DNA of 64,000 nucleotides from Vulcanimicrobiota bacterium (GCA_050250895.1 JBFWNU010000010.1:64001-128000), one strand, 5' to 3'; counted from the first letter of the stretch, positions 8,901-19,046 are shown. Program-made: numbers and translations. The notes: generated by a model from the sequence alone, not told the origin.

Positions 8901-11168
8901 CTAAGCGCCAGGGTTGCCGGTGATTACGACATTGTCGATATAGACGCCGTCGCGGTGGCGCGAGTCGTCGGATAGAAACCGGAATCTCAGCTTGATCTCC
9001 TGGCCGTCATAGTCCGACAGGTCGATCTTCTGGTGAGCCCAATCTTTTTCGCCGTCGAGGGTGGCCACGGCGCGCCAGGCGGTCCGCCACCACTTCTTGC
9101 CATAGACCTCGACCTTGCACTTGTCATAGCCGTCTTCGGTATCGACCTTCGAGTCGAAGTGCAACTCGGCGCCTTTCCAGTGAGTCAGATCGACCGGCTT
9201 GGAAGTGAGCGACTGATCGCGTCCCGGGCCGTAGTCGCCGCCGGGACTGTCAGTATAGACCTGGCCACGTCCGGGTGAATCGACCCTGGCCCACTCGCCC
9301 TGGGCACCCCACTGGCCGGTATCGGCGTCCATCGAGTCTTCGAAGGCCACGGGGCGACCCGGAACCGAGGTCGAGGTTGTGGCCGCCACCGAACGGTTGC
9401 CCACATTGTCGAGGCTCTGCAAAGCGAAATGCAGCTCGCGATCGGCGCCCGAGGGCGGAAAAGAGATGGCCACACTCTCGCTGTGACCGGATGGCCCGGG
9501 CCGCCCGATGCCCACCGGGGTGGCCTGGGAAAACGGGATCTGCCCCTGGCCCTCGCCGATGGGGCCAGGAGCGTAGCGCAGGTCGTAAGAGGTCGACTGA
9601 CCTTCGGTGCCGTCATCGCCGGTGGCTTTCCAGGCGAGGGTGACCTTCTCGCCATCGGTCTGCTCGACCCGAAACGACAGGGGCGAATCGGGGGCGATCT
9701 GGTCGTCTTCGAGGGCTCCGAAGGCGTTCAGGCGGCCCCCGCTGGCCAGTTGATCGCCGTAACGGGGGATCGGGTCGACCCCGGTCAGAATGCGATTCTT
9801 GATGGCCTGATTGTCGACGCCCGGATAGCGCGCCGCGATCAGGGCGGCCACGCCGGCCACATGGGGGGCGGCCATGGCCGTTCCCTCTTTGCTGCCGAAC
9901 TGGCCGCCTGGCAGGGTCGAGTAGATGTCGGTGCCGGGGGCGCACAGGTCGACGCTCTCGGCCCCGCGGTTGGTGAAGCCGGGCAAACGGTCGTTGCGGT
10001 CCGAGGCGGCCACCGCCAAAACGTTGTCAAGGTTGAAGCTGGCCGGATAGACCGACTTGCGGTCGTTGTCGTAGCCGTCATCGCCGGCGGCACACACGTG
10101 GAGTGCGCTCGACGAGCGCATCACGTCGGCCAGGGCCTGGTTGTACTTGTAACCGCCCCACGAATTGTTGGTGATGCGAGCCCCGTTCTGCTCAGCGTAG
10201 AGAAGGGCTTTCATGGCGTCGACGGTGGTGCCGCCGCGACCCGAGCCGAGGAACTTCAGGCCCATGATGCGGCCCTCCCAGTTGACTCCCGTCACACCCT
10301 GGCGGTTGTTGCCCTCGGCCGCGATGATGCCAGCGGCGTGGGTGCCGTAGCCGTTGTCGTCGTTGGGATCCCCGCTGTTGGAGACGAAGTTGGCGCCGTG
10401 CAGATCGTCGTCGTAGCCATTGCCGTCGTCGTCCCACTGGTTGTCGGCCACTTCGCGCGGGTTGGTCCACAGGTTGTTGACCAGGTCGGGGTGGTGCCAG
10501 TCGATGCCGGTATCGAGCACGGCCACGATGGGGCCGTCTTCGCGCCGTCCGGTCGACAGCGACCAGGCGCGGGTGGCGTCGATATCAGCGCCGCTACGGC
10601 CGCCATCCTGGCCGTCGTTTTTCATGTTCCACTGCGATTCGAGCAGGTCGTCGGGTTCGAGCCCTTCGTTGGGGGCCGGGGCCGGACGTACCGGCGGCAA
10701 GGCTTCACCGGCTTGGTCGCCGGCCGGGTCGTGGCTAAAAGAATGGACGATGTCGTTGGACTCGGCGTAGGCCACGCGGGGATCGCGACCGAGCACGGCC
10801 AGGCCTTCGGCGGTCGACAGGCGCGGGCCCAACTCGAGCACGGCCAGCTTGCCACCCAGACGCTCGGCCATGGCGCCCGGCGCGTCAAAGCAATGCATCA
10901 CCTTGGATTGATAGTCCTCGGCCAGTTGGCCCAGCGACTCGGCGCTCAGGCCGCCTTCGAGCTTGACGATGACCTGGCCGGGCACGAACTCGCCGGGGAT
11001 CAGTTTCTCCGCCAGCGAAGCTGCCTCTTTGCGGGCGCCGTCGACGGCCGCGTCTAAATCAAAGGGAGCCGACCGGCTCAGCCCATCCGTAGGGCTGACC
11101 TCGGGTTGCCTGGCCGCCGCCACGGGCGCGGCGACGGGCATTCTCTGCACAAAACTCTGGATGACCAC
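8901..11168 (-). CDS. S8 subtilase homologue (propeptide + S8 + FN3 + C-terminal beta-sandwich), predicted catalytically inactive
   Basis: VAVLDTG intact; NGYGTH instead of NGHGTH; AAGD instead of AAGN; GTAMA instead of GTSMA; LAWKATGDDG FN3; DGVYIDNV C-terminal module. Confidence 0.9.
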   Translation of the reverse strand: MVIQSFVQRMPVAAPVAAARQPEVSPTDGLSRSAPFDLDAAVDGARKEAASLAEKLIPGEFVPGQVIVKLEGGLSAESLGQLAEDYQSKVMHCFDAPGAMAERLGGKLAVLELGPRLSTAEGLAVLGRDPRVAYAESNDIVHSFSHDPAGDQAGEALPPVRPAPAPNEGLEPDDLLESQWNMKNDGQDGGRSGADIDATRAWSLSTGRREDGPIVAVLDTGIDWHHPDLVNNLWTNPREVADNQWDDDGNGYDDDLHGANFVSNSGDPNDDNGYGTHAAGIIAAEGNNRQGVTGVNWEGRIMGLKFLGSGRGGTTVDAMKALLYAEQNGARITNNSWGGYKYNQALADVMRSSSALHVCAAGDDGYDNDRKSVYPASFNLDNVLAVAASDRNDRLPGFTNRGAESVDLCAPGTDIYSTLPGGQFGSKEGTAMAAPHVAGVAALIAARYPGVDNQAIKNRILTGVDPIPRYGDQLASGGRLNAFGALEDDQIAPDSPLSFRVEQTDGEKVTLAWKATGDDGTEGQSTSYDLRYAPGPIGEGQGQIPFSQATPVGIGRPGPSGHSESVAISFPPSGADRELHFALQSLDNVGNRSVAATTSTSVPGRPVAFEDSMDADTGQWGAQGEWARVDSPGRGQVYTDSPGGDYGPGRDQSLTSKPVDLTHWKGAELHFDSKVDTEDGYDKCKVEVYGKKWWRTAWRAVATLDGEKDWAHQKIDLSDYDGQEIKLRFRFLSDDSRHRDGVYIDNVVITGNPGA

Positions 11169-11174
11169 CCAGAG

Positions 11175-11217
11175 AGACTATCCGAGTCCCTGCCCGAAGA
11201 TCTCAACAAATCTTGAA
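11175..11217 (-). promoter_or_regulatory. Shared promoter motif TTCAA-N6-TTGAG-N21-TAGTCT, 6 nt before GTG 11168
   Basis: Read on minus strand; same architecture at 26174-26205, 26213-26244, 34581-34612, 62340-62382. Confidence 0.6.
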
Positions 11218-11872
11218 CATCCGGCCAGGCTTGCGATAGTGATCAAGCTTGGCTCGCCTATTCTTCCGACTCGCGCAGCAGGTCGTCGAACAGGGGTAAG
11301 GTATCGGGCGCATGCTTGGCCAGGTAGCGACGAACCTCGCGGGCCCTGGCGGTCCGCTTCAACAACTCGACGATGTCCAAGAGGTCTTTTCGCCTTCTGG
11401 CTACTAGTTTCATGTAGATGAGTGGGGCGAGAGGGACGACGGTCACTCCCTGACTATGGTGCGCTTCGTCCAAGGCGGCCTCGAGATGGTCCCCAAGCGA
11501 TGCGGCGCTAAGATAGTCGATCCTGATCCCGTCGACCTCGATGGGCACGCCCGGCTTGAAAGTCACCAGTAGACCGACTTTCTCGAACGCCTCCTCTCCG
11601 ACCAGAAAGTCCACGTCGTCGGTGGCCCGAACGTAGCCGTGCGCTCCCACGGCCAGACCTCCGGCCAGGGCAAAGCGAATACCCAGATGGTCAAGCTGCG
11701 CCGCGGTTTGGAGGGCTGCCTCGCGCACCTGGGCCGAGACGAAATGAAGGACTCTTTCTAGGTCCATTGAGTCCCATGGACGACGTGGTATCTGAGCATA
11801 GGAGAGTTCCATTCCTGATGCTTCCACCTTATCACATCGGGGCAAGTCCGACCGCATCTTGAACATCCGGCC
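11210..11872. repeat. 17-bp perfect direct repeat ATCTTGAACATCCGGCC (11210-11226 and 11856-11872) bracketing a nucleotidyltransferase gene
   Basis: Exact match of both copies read from sequence. Confidence 0.85.
11258..11812 (-). CDS. Minimal nucleotidyltransferase-family protein
   Basis: FALAGGLAVGAHGYVRATDDVDFLV (GG...DxD NTase motif), MKLVARRRKDLLD. Confidence 0.8.
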   Translation of the reverse strand: MELSYAQIPRRPWDSMDLERVLHFVSAQVREAALQTAAQLDHLGIRFALAGGLAVGAHGYVRATDDVDFLVGEEAFEKVGLLVTFKPGVPIEVDGIRIDYLSAASLGDHLEAALDEAHHSQGVTVVPLAPLIYMKLVARRRKDLLDIVELLKRTARAREVRRYLAKHAPDTLPLFDDLLRESEE

Positions 11873-11997
11873 TTCTGCGCGGCCGTGGGCACGGCCGATC
11901 CGGTTGCCTGCGATAGCGGGCTCAAATACCTGCGGGGCGACCTCTACCGGGATGACTAGCGGTAGGGGCTAGCGGGCTTGCTCACGAAAACTCCCTG

Positions 11998-12555
11998 GTG
12001 GCAGGCCAGCCCCAGTCGAGCTTTCAAACTCCGGAGGAGTACCTTCGGGCGGAGCGTCTTGCTCAATCCCGCAATGAGTTCCTCGACGGCCAGGTACTCG
12101 CGATGTCAGGAGCAAGTCTTTCTCACAACGCCCTGGTAGCCAACCTCATCATGGAACTCGGGCCCCAACTGCGACCCAAAGGATGCCAAATTTATCCCAG
12201 TGACCTCAAAGTGCAGCAAGGCTCTCGGTTTTTCTATCCTGATGTCTCGGTGATTTGTGGCCAGCCCGAGTTCCACGACGATGAAAAGGATGTGGTGTTG
12301 AACCCGGCCTTGCTGGTGGAAGTGCTCTCGCCGTCAACCGAGAAATACGACAAGGGTGTCAAGTTTCTCACCTATCAGCAGATTCCGTCTCTCCAGGAAT
12401 ATCTGTTGGTTCATCAGGATCTCGTGCTGGTCGAGATCTATCGGCGTCACTCAGCAGGCTCGTGGCTCTACTCGAGGGTCGACGGGCCCGAGGGCGCCCT
12501 TGAGGTGTTGGGAGTGCAACTCTCGCTAACCGCCCTCTACGCCGGTATTCATTGA
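11998..12555 (+). CDS. Uma2 family putative restriction endonuclease
   Basis: EEYLRAE...[16 protein letters not shown]; FFYPDVSV; [31 protein letters not shown]. Confidence 0.9.
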   Translation: MAGQPQSSFQTPEEYLRAERLAQSRNEFLDGQVLAMSGASLSHNALVANLIMELGPQLRPKGCQIYPSDLKVQQGSRFFYPDVSVICGQPEFHDDEKDVVLNPALLVEVLSPSTEKYDKGVKFLTYQQIPSLQEYLLVHQDLVLVEIYRRHSAGSWLYSRVDGPEGALEVLGVQLSLTALYAGIH

Positions 12556-13587
12556 AGAAAAGTGGGCTCGGGTCCGGTTGGCCAGGGCGACGAGGCTGAG
12601 CATCACGGGGACCTCCACCAGGACGCCTACCACGGTCGCCAGAGCTGCGCCGGACTGCAGTCCGAATAGGCTAATCGCCACAGCTACAGCCAGTTCGAAG
12701 AAGTTGGAAGTGCCGATCAGCGCCGCCGGGGCCGCTACCTCGTGTGGCAGTTTCCACAGGTACGACCAACCATAGGCAAGTAGAAAGATGCCGTAACTCT
12801 GAAGCACCAGGGGAATGGCGATGAGGGCGATGACGCCGGGCTGATCCAGTATGGTCTGGGCCTGGAAGCCAAAGAGCAAGACAACGGTGGCCAACAGACC
12901 AAGAATGGAGAACGGCTTCATCTTACCGGTGAGGTGGGCTACCGCTTCAGGATTTCCGGTGTCGACGATCCGCCTGGTGAGGTAGCCGGCCGTAAGGGGA
13001 ACGATCACGTAGAGCACGACCGATAGGAAGAGAGTCTTCCAGGGCACGACCACATCGGTCACGCCTAATAGGAAAGCCGCGATGGGAGCGAAGGCGAAGA
13101 CCATGATGATATCGTTGATGGAAACCTGAACCAGAGTGTAATTGGCGTCACCTCTGACGAGCTGGCTCCACACGAAGACCATCGCAGTGCACGGAGCAAC
13201 GCCGAGAAGAATCATTCCTGCGACGTATTCTCTCCCGTTCTCAGGAGAGACCATGCCTGTGAACAGGTGGTCAAAGAAGAGCACCCCCAGGGCCGCCATC
13301 GTGAAGGGCTTGATTAGCCAGTTGACTACCAGAGTTACACAGAGCCCCTTCGGCTTGCTGGCAGCGTCCTTAAGCGAAGCGAAGTCGACATTCACCATCA
13401 TCGGGTAGATCATGACCCATATGAAGGCCGCCACTACCAGGTTCACGTTGGCATATTCGAGGCCAGCGACGAATTGGAACAGTTTGGGGGCAAGCGATCC
13501 CAGTCCGAGCCCCGAGAGGATGCTCAAGGCTACCCAGATGGAGAGGTATTTTTCGAAAAGACCAAGAGGTGCGCGTTGCTGGGTCAT
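12526..13587 (-). CDS. acr3: Arsenite efflux transporter, ACR3 family
   Basis: [56 protein letters not shown]. Confidence 0.95.
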   Translation of the reverse strand: MTQQRAPLGLFEKYLSIWVALSILSGLGLGSLAPKLFQFVAGLEYANVNLVVAAFIWVMIYPMMVNVDFASLKDAASKPKGLCVTLVVNWLIKPFTMAALGVLFFDHLFTGMVSPENGREYVAGMILLGVAPCTAMVFVWSQLVRGDANYTLVQVSINDIIMVFAFAPIAAFLLGVTDVVVPWKTLFLSVVLYVIVPLTAGYLTRRIVDTGNPEAVAHLTGKMKPFSILGLLATVVLLFGFQAQTILDQPGVIALIAIPLVLQSYGIFLLAYGWSYLWKLPHEVAAPAALIGTSNFFELAVAVAISLFGLQSGAALATVVGVLVEVPVMLSLVALANRTRAHFSSMNTGVEGG

Positions 13588-14072
13588 CACGACGCTCCCC
13601 CGGGATTGGAGCGGGAGGCCTTGACATCCGCTGAGGCGTGTTCCTCCGTTCCACCCTCGAGGCACTCGGGCAGCGTTTGCACGAACGCCCGGATCTCGTC
13701 ACGCACTCGTCGATAGTGGTCCAGAGCCTCGTCTTCGTCGGCGGCGGTTTCGGCCAGGCGGGGCGGATCGTCGAAGCCGTGATGGATTAATCTCCCTTGT
13801 CCCAAGAAGAGAGGGCAAGTTTCGCGAGCGTTCCCGCAGACGGTGACGACATAATCGAATTCCTGCTCTTCGAACTCCTCCACCGTCTTGGACCATTGAC
13901 TGCTGATGTCAACGCCCACTTCCTTCATGACCTGAACTGCTCTCGGGTTCAAGCCTTGGGCCAGGATGCCGGCCGAGTAGGCATCGAATTGGTCGGACCG
14001 AAGGGCTCGTGCCCAGCCCTCGGCCATCTGGCTGCGACAAGAGTTTCCAGTGCAGAGAAAGAGGATTCGCAT
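13587..14072 (-). CDS. arsC: Arsenate reductase, LMW-PTP/thioredoxin type
   Basis: [21 protein letters not shown]....ETCP, FDDP. Confidence 0.95.
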   Translation of the reverse strand: MRILFLCTGNSCRSQMAEGWARALRSDQFDAYSAGILAQGLNPRAVQVMKEVGVDISSQWSKTVEEFEEQEFDYVVTVCGNARETCPLFLGQGRLIHHGFDDPPRLAETAADEDEALDHYRRVRDEIRAFVQTLPECLEGGTEEHASADVKASRSNPGGAS

Positions 14073-14081
14073 GGCGCTCGC

Positions 14082-15008
14082 TTACTTGATGGCAAAGACC
14101 TTGACCGAGGCCGCGTAGGCGTTGACATCGTACCGCCGCAGCAGCTCGCCGAGGTCTTGATGCATCGGCTTGCGGCTGGGGTTCGGCGAGCAACAGGCCT
14201 CCGAGTCCTGCGGGGCCGGTGAGCAACAGCTTGATTCCTCAGGTGCGGGCGAGCAACAGGCACCCGAACTCGCGGGGGCCGGCGAGCAACAGGCGGCCGC
14301 GCCTTCGGCCTGAGCGTAGGCCATCAGGTCGGCGCCGCTGTCGATGATAGCGACTTCTGAGAAGCCCGCTTCCCTCAGGCCCTGTTCATACTCCTGGATG
14401 GTCACGGCCCCGGCGATACAGCCGACCAGCGCGGCCGCGTTCTGGGCTAACTCGTCGGGCAATTCCTGTTTAAGAGCAATGTCCGAGATGGCCACCCGGC
14501 CGCCGGGCTTGAGCACCCGATGCATCTCCTGAAAGACCTTCCGTTTGTCCGGGGCGAGGTTGATCACGCAATTGCTGATGACTACATCGGCGCTGGCGTC
14601 GGAGAGGGGCAGGTCGTCGATCTGGCCTTCGAGGAATTCCACATTCTGATAGCCCCCTTTGACGGCGTTGGCCCGGGCCAGTTCGAGCATTTGGGGGGTC
14701 ATGTCGATGCCGATGGCCTTGCCCGTCGGGCCCACCTGAGCGGCGGCCAGAAAGACGTCGAGGCCGCCGCCAGAGCCGAGGTCGACCACGACCTCGCCGG
14801 GTTTAAGATGGGCCGTGGCCAGGGGATTTCCGCAGGAGAGTCCCATGTTGGCCTCGGCAGGGATCGATTCCAGTTCCTCGGCGCTGTAACCGAAGGCCTG
14901 AGCCACGGCCTGGATGCCGGCGTTCTGGCCAGACAAGCCGCTTTCGGCGGTTTCTCCGTATTTCTGCTGGATCAGCTCGGTGATGCTCTTCATCGGATGG
15001 GTCTCCAT
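14082..15008 (-). CDS. arsM: Arsenite S-adenosylmethionine methyltransferase
   Basis: [34 protein letters not shown]; Cys-Cys repeat insert near C-terminus. Confidence 0.93.
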   Translation of the reverse strand: METHPMKSITELIQQKYGETAESGLSGQNAGIQAVAQAFGYSAEELESIPAEANMGLSCGNPLATAHLKPGEVVVDLGSGGGLDVFLAAAQVGPTGKAIGIDMTPQMLELARANAVKGGYQNVEFLEGQIDDLPLSDASADVVISNCVINLAPDKRKVFQEMHRVLKPGGRVAISDIALKQELPDELAQNAAALVGCIAGAVTIQEYEQGLREAGFSEVAIIDSGADLMAYAQAEGAAACCSPAPASSGACCSPAPEESSCCSPAPQDSEACCSPNPSRKPMHQDLGELLRRYDVNAYAASVKVFAIK

Positions 15009-15009
15009 T

Positions 15010-15024
15010 TCGTTGAATTACGAT
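15010..15024. promoter_or_regulatory. Second putative ArsR operator TCGT-N6-ACGAT between arsR stop and arsM start
   Basis: TCGT TGAATT ACGAT matches the palindrome at the arsR start. Confidence 0.5.
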
Positions 15025-15357
15025 TTAAAGGGCGGATACGAGCGCCCTCAGTCGGCGTAAGGTCCTCGGGTTAAGGCAGTAACAAACCCGCGGTCCGTCG
15101 ATGGTTCCCTGCACCAGGCCGGCGTCTTTCAACACTTTGAGATGCTGGGATACAGTGGATTGGGCCAGGGGCAGTTCCTCGACGATGTCTCCGCAGATGC
15201 AGCTCGTGCGTCGGCAAAGCAGGCGCAGGATCTGGATTCGGGCTGGATGTCCGAGCGCTTTGGCCAGGCCCGCGAGTTCTTCGTCGGCGTCCGGACCTTC
15301 GATGGGGCGAAGGTCCGGAGAAGAATCATCGGGGATAGGGCAGCAGGTCTCTTTCAT
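15025..15357 (-). CDS. arsR: ArsR/SmtB family transcriptional repressor
   Basis: N-terminal [46 protein letters not shown]. Confidence 0.93.
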   Translation of the reverse strand: MKETCCPIPDDSSPDLRPIEGPDADEELAGLAKALGHPARIQILRLLCRRTSCICGDIVEELPLAQSTVSQHLKVLKDAGLVQGTIDGPRVCYCLNPRTLRRLRALVSAL

Positions 15358-15371
15358 CGTTTTTTTACGAT
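15356..15371. promoter_or_regulatory. Putative ArsR operator ATCGT-N6-ACGAT overlapping arsR start
   Basis: Inverted repeat ATCGT TTTTTT ACGAT. Confidence 0.6.
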
Positions 15372-15442
15372 AAAGGATGGGTGCCGCGCTGTCAAGCTCG
15401 GGCTCGACAGGGTTCCTCCGGTCTCCTCAGGAAAGTCCGGCC

Positions 15443-16303
15443 ATGGCAGCTCCTGACCTCGACCAGATGTGGGTTCGCCTCGATGGCCAGAACCTTCCCA
15501 TGCAACAGGCCACCGTGCCTGTCAGTGACCACGGTTTTCTCTACGGCGATAGCGTCTATGAGACGCTGCGCAGCTTCGGCGGCCGGGTCTTCGAGCTAGA
15601 CGCTCACCTGGCCCGACTGCGCCGTTCGGCCGCCGGTCTCTACCTGACTGTGCCCTGGAGCGATGAGCATCTGAGCGCTGAGCTCGAAGCCCTGCGGTCG
15701 GCCCTGCCCCAGGGCGACCACTATCTGCGCATGCTGGTGACCCGCGGCAGCGGGCGCGTCGGCTACGCCTTCAATCCCGACCAGCAGCCACGCCTGGTCA
15801 TTCTGGGTGGCCCCATCGACAACTTCGTGGTGCGAGGGCTCTCGGCCACCATCGTGCCCATCCGCCGGTTGGCCCGCGAAACCGTCAGTCCGGCGCTCAA
15901 GACCAGCAACCTGCTCAATCTGCGGCTGGCCTTTTTGCAGGCCCAGCAGGCGGGCTTCGACGAGGCCATCCTGCTCAATCCCCAGGGCCAATTGACCGAA
16001 GCCTCGACCAGCAACTTCTTCGCGGTCATCGCCGGTCGGTTGTTCACTCCGGCCCTGGAAGCCGGGATCCTGGAGGGCATCACTCGCCGGGTTATTCTCG
16101 AGTTGGCCGCCGAACTCGGGCTGGCCGTGGACGAAGGCTTCTTGACGCTCGAGCAGCTGCCCACTTTAGATGAAGCGTTCCTCACCAGCACCACCCGCTC
16201 GCTCGCTCCCCTGGCCTGTCTTGACGACCATCGGATGCCGGCCCCGGGGCCGGTCACGGGCCGCCTCATCGAGGCCTTCCGGGCGCGGGCCGGCGGACTC
16301 TAG
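15443..16303 (+). CDS. Class IV PLP aminotransferase (branched-chain/D-amino acid/ADC lyase family)
   Basis: DHGFLYGDSVYETLR, HLARLRRSA, LKTSNLL, EASTSNFF, ILEGITR, EAFLTST. Confidence 0.92.
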   Translation: MAAPDLDQMWVRLDGQNLPMQQATVPVSDHGFLYGDSVYETLRSFGGRVFELDAHLARLRRSAAGLYLTVPWSDEHLSAELEALRSALPQGDHYLRMLVTRGSGRVGYAFNPDQQPRLVILGGPIDNFVVRGLSATIVPIRRLARETVSPALKTSNLLNLRLAFLQAQQAGFDEAILLNPQGQLTEASTSNFFAVIAGRLFTPALEAGILEGITRRVILELAAELGLAVDEGFLTLEQLPTLDEAFLTSTTRSLAPLACLDDHRMPAPGPVTGRLIEAFRARAGGL

Positions 16304-17007
16304 GAGAGCGCTTCGTGGCAGGCTCTGGCTAGTAAGTCGGCCACCCCGAGTTCGTTGGCCCAACCTTCGAGATAATCCCGGTCCAGCGTCTCTCGCGTCA
16401 TCAGGACGGTCAGAATGTCACGCCACTGCCGATCGGAGGTTTCGCCGCCCAGACGGTACCATTCCAGCTTCACCAGAACGATGTCTTCGGCAGAGGCCAC
16501 CTGGAATTGGTGAGCCCCCTGAACGACGGTCTGTTTGCGGGCAAAGCGAGACGTCTCGAAAGCCCTCTCTCGCGACACCATCAGGTCGATCTTGAAGCCC
16601 GTTTCGAGATGAATCAAGTTGGCGCAACTTCTGCGCTCCACCGCTTCGTGAAGCCCCGTCTGCCTGGCGTAGAAGTCACCTTCGAGTTGGCGACAAAGTA
16701 GCGCGACATGCTCTCGCTTGAGTCGGACCACGATGTCTACATCCTGGGTGAAACGGGGTTCACCATGAATCGTGCTGGCGATCGAGCCGCCCAGAAAATA
16801 CTCGATGCCGTGGGCCTCCAACACTCGAGTCACCAGAGATGCGATGGCGAAGGGGTCCATTTGCGCCAATTCCGAGTTCTTGGTAGCGAAGCCTGCCTGG
16901 ATCGAGGAGCGGGTGATCTCCAGTTTGCGGGCAGCCGTCAGCTTTCTCCAGATGCCGATTTGAACCGCCTGGGCTTCCGGGCTGGTGTCTAACGAAAGAG
17001 GCTTCAC
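16300..17007 (-). CDS. Nucleotidyltransferase-fold hypothetical protein with N-terminal DTSPEA segment
   Basis: YFLGGSIASTIHGEPRFTQDVDIVV; EDIVLVKLEWY...SDRQWRD. Confidence 0.75.
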   Translation of the reverse strand: MKPLSLDTSPEAQAVQIGIWRKLTAARKLEITRSSIQAGFATKNSELAQMDPFAIASLVTRVLEAHGIEYFLGGSIASTIHGEPRFTQDVDIVVRLKREHVALLCRQLEGDFYARQTGLHEAVERRSCANLIHLETGFKIDLMVSRERAFETSRFARKQTVVQGAHQFQVASAEDIVLVKLEWYRLGGETSDRQWRDILTVLMTRETLDRDYLEGWANELGVADLLARACHEALS

Positions 17008-17018
17008 CAGGCTAGTGT

Positions 17019-17891
17019 ATGCAATCTTGGCACCCCTGCCAAGCCGTGGCGCAGGACGAAGTGGGCACCGACGCCGAAAGCTCGGCCATCAGCCACGTTC
17101 TCGTCAAGAAGCTTTCTATCCCACCGGGTCGCTATCGCCTCGAGTCCTACCACCTGGGTGCCAGTATCGATCTCAAAAAGCTGGCCCGCGGTCTCGAAGG
17201 CACCCTCGGTCCGGCTCGCACCCACGCCATCTTTGAAAGACCCGGGGTGGTGGTGTGGGTATTTCCCTTTGGCTCGGTGGTCATCTTGTTCCGCGAGGCC
17301 GGCGGCCAGGTCGATCCCATCCTGACCGAGGTGGCTCCCTATGTCGAAGACAAAGACGAAGTGGTCAACGACAACTATGAGGTCGAGATCGGCGGTGACG
17401 ACCGGGTCGAGTTCGGCCGCGTTACCGTGTCTTCGCCTGACAAACTGGGCGTTGCGACCTTGATGCTGGCCCAGTCGACCAGCCTCGAGCATTACGAACA
17501 ACTGGCTGACGAACTGATGGGCAAAGCCGCTCATATCACCGACTCCATGGCCGAGGGCAAACCTCCCTCGGTCAACGCCCGCGAGATGCTTCGCTTTATC
17601 GGTCTGGGTCTGGCGGCCAGACGCGAACTGGTGAGTCACCTCTCCATCCTCGATCCGCCCGAGGCCACCTGGGAAGACCTTCAAATCGAGCGACTGTATG
17701 AATCACTGCGGGTCAATTTCGACCTGCAGAGCCGCTTTCGCTCGCTGGAATACAAGCTGGGGCTGGTCAAGGAGACGGCTCAGGTGGTCATCGATCTGTC
17801 TGAGTCTCGGCGTTTCACCATTCTCGAGATCATCATCATTCTGTTGATTGCGGTGGAGATTCTTCTTTATCTGCCTTCCTTCCTCAAGTAA
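17019..17891 (+). CDS. RMD1/YagE (DUF155) family protein
   Basis: VFPFGSVV, LAQSTSLEHYE, ILDPPEATWE, RFTILEIIIILLIAVEI C-terminal TM; exact start uncertain. Confidence 0.85.
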   Translation: MQSWHPCQAVAQDEVGTDAESSAISHVLVKKLSIPPGRYRLESYHLGASIDLKKLARGLEGTLGPARTHAIFERPGVVVWVFPFGSVVILFREAGGQVDPILTEVAPYVEDKDEVVNDNYEVEIGGDDRVEFGRVTVSSPDKLGVATLMLAQSTSLEHYEQLADELMGKAAHITDSMAEGKPPSVNAREMLRFIGLGLAARRELVSHLSILDPPEATWEDLQIERLYESLRVNFDLQSRFRSLEYKLGLVKETAQVVIDLSESRRFTILEIIIILLIAVEILLYLPSFLK

Positions 17892-17927
17892 TTCTCGGAC
17901 CGTCCGATAAGGGGGCCGGAGGATGAT

Positions 17928-19046
17928 ATGTGGAGTGTCTTGCGCAAACCTGACGAGGCCGAGAGCGACGAGTTCGCGGCTCTAGAGACTGCCCGTCGTG
18001 CCGACTTTCTTCAGAGGGCCGTGCGGGGGCTGATGATCCTGGTCAAGGATTTCACCTTCGACCTGTCCGAACTCCAGGCCGAGCGGGTCCGCGGCCAGAT
18101 CGACGATTTCCTCGAAAAGTTGGGTGGCGAGTATCCACTCCCTCGCCTCGAGGACCGCTACAAGACCTGCGAGTTGTCGATTCACGAGTTCGCTCAGCAC
18201 GAACGCAGCTACCTGGTTGAACGAGAGCAAGAGTTCCGCGAGATCATCGAGACCCTGTGTGACGGGCTGCTCAAAGCCGGCGCCGAGAACCGTACCTTCT
18301 GCGAATCGATGGAGCAGTATGGGCAGGAGCTAGAGCAAGCCGCCAGACTTGACGACCTGCGCAAGATCAAGCAGGTGCTCAGCACCCAGGTCGCCTCGCT
18401 CAAAAAGGACATCAAGGCCAAGCGCCGCCGTGACGCCAAAGAACTCGAGAAACTGCAGACCAAGATGGAGCGACTGCACCTGGAGTTGCGCGACGCCGTC
18501 GACGCTTCGCTGATGGACCCTTTGACCGGTGTCGGCAACCGGCGCGCCTTCGACTCCGAGTTGGCCCGCCGGCTCGAGCGAGGGGTCATCCAGTGGCGCA
18601 ACTTCGCCCTCATCATCGTCGATGTCGACAATTTCAAGAAGATCAACGATAGCTACGGCCATCTGGCCGGTGACCGCGTGCTCTCCATTCTGGGCGAGCG
18701 ATTCAAGAGCAGCGTCCGCAGCGAGGACATGGTGGCTCGCTACGGAGGAGAAGAATTAGTCATCATCCTGGAGGGAGCCAACCTGCGCGCGGCCATGCGA
18801 CGAGCCCGCGAACTGGTTCGCTCCATCGACCGGCTGAGCTTTAGTCTTGACTCGGGCCAGGAGATCACGGTGACCATCAGCGCCGGGGTCGCCGCCGCTC
18901 GGCCCGACGACAGTGCCGGTGCCTTTTTGGACCGAGCCGACCAGGCGCTCTATCTGGCCAAACAGTGGGGCAAGAATCAGGCCGTGGGCGAGCATCGGCT
19001 GCAGGGACGCTCGGCCCTGGGCGCCCTGGCCCATCTGCTGATCTGA
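17928..19046 (+). CDS. Diguanylate cyclase (coiled coil + GGDEF)
   Basis: DPLTGVGNRRAF, DVDNFKKINDSYGHLAGD, I-site RSED, RYGGEE, ADQALYLAK. Confidence 0.95.
   Translation: MWSVLRKPDEAESDEFAALETARRADFLQRAVRGLMILVKDFTFDLSELQAERVRGQIDDFLEKLGGEYPLPRLEDRYKTCELSIHEFAQHERSYLVEREQEFREIIETLCDGLLKAGAENRTFCESMEQYGQELEQAARLDDLRKIKQVLSTQVASLKKDIKAKRRRDAKELEKLQTKMERLHLELRDAVDASLMDPLTGVGNRRAFDSELARRLERGVIQWRNFALIIVDVDNFKKINDSYGHLAGDRVLSILGERFKSSVRSEDMVARYGGEELVIILEGANLRAAMRRARELVRSIDRLSFSLDSGQEITVTISAGVAAARPDDSAGAFLDRADQALYLAKQWGKNQAVGEHRLQGRSALGALAHLLI

Noticed and set aside
11998-17007. Integrated mobile element carrying the ars operon
   Set aside because: Codon usage looks somewhat atypical by eye, but no integrase, transposase, tRNA target or bounding repeats were found.
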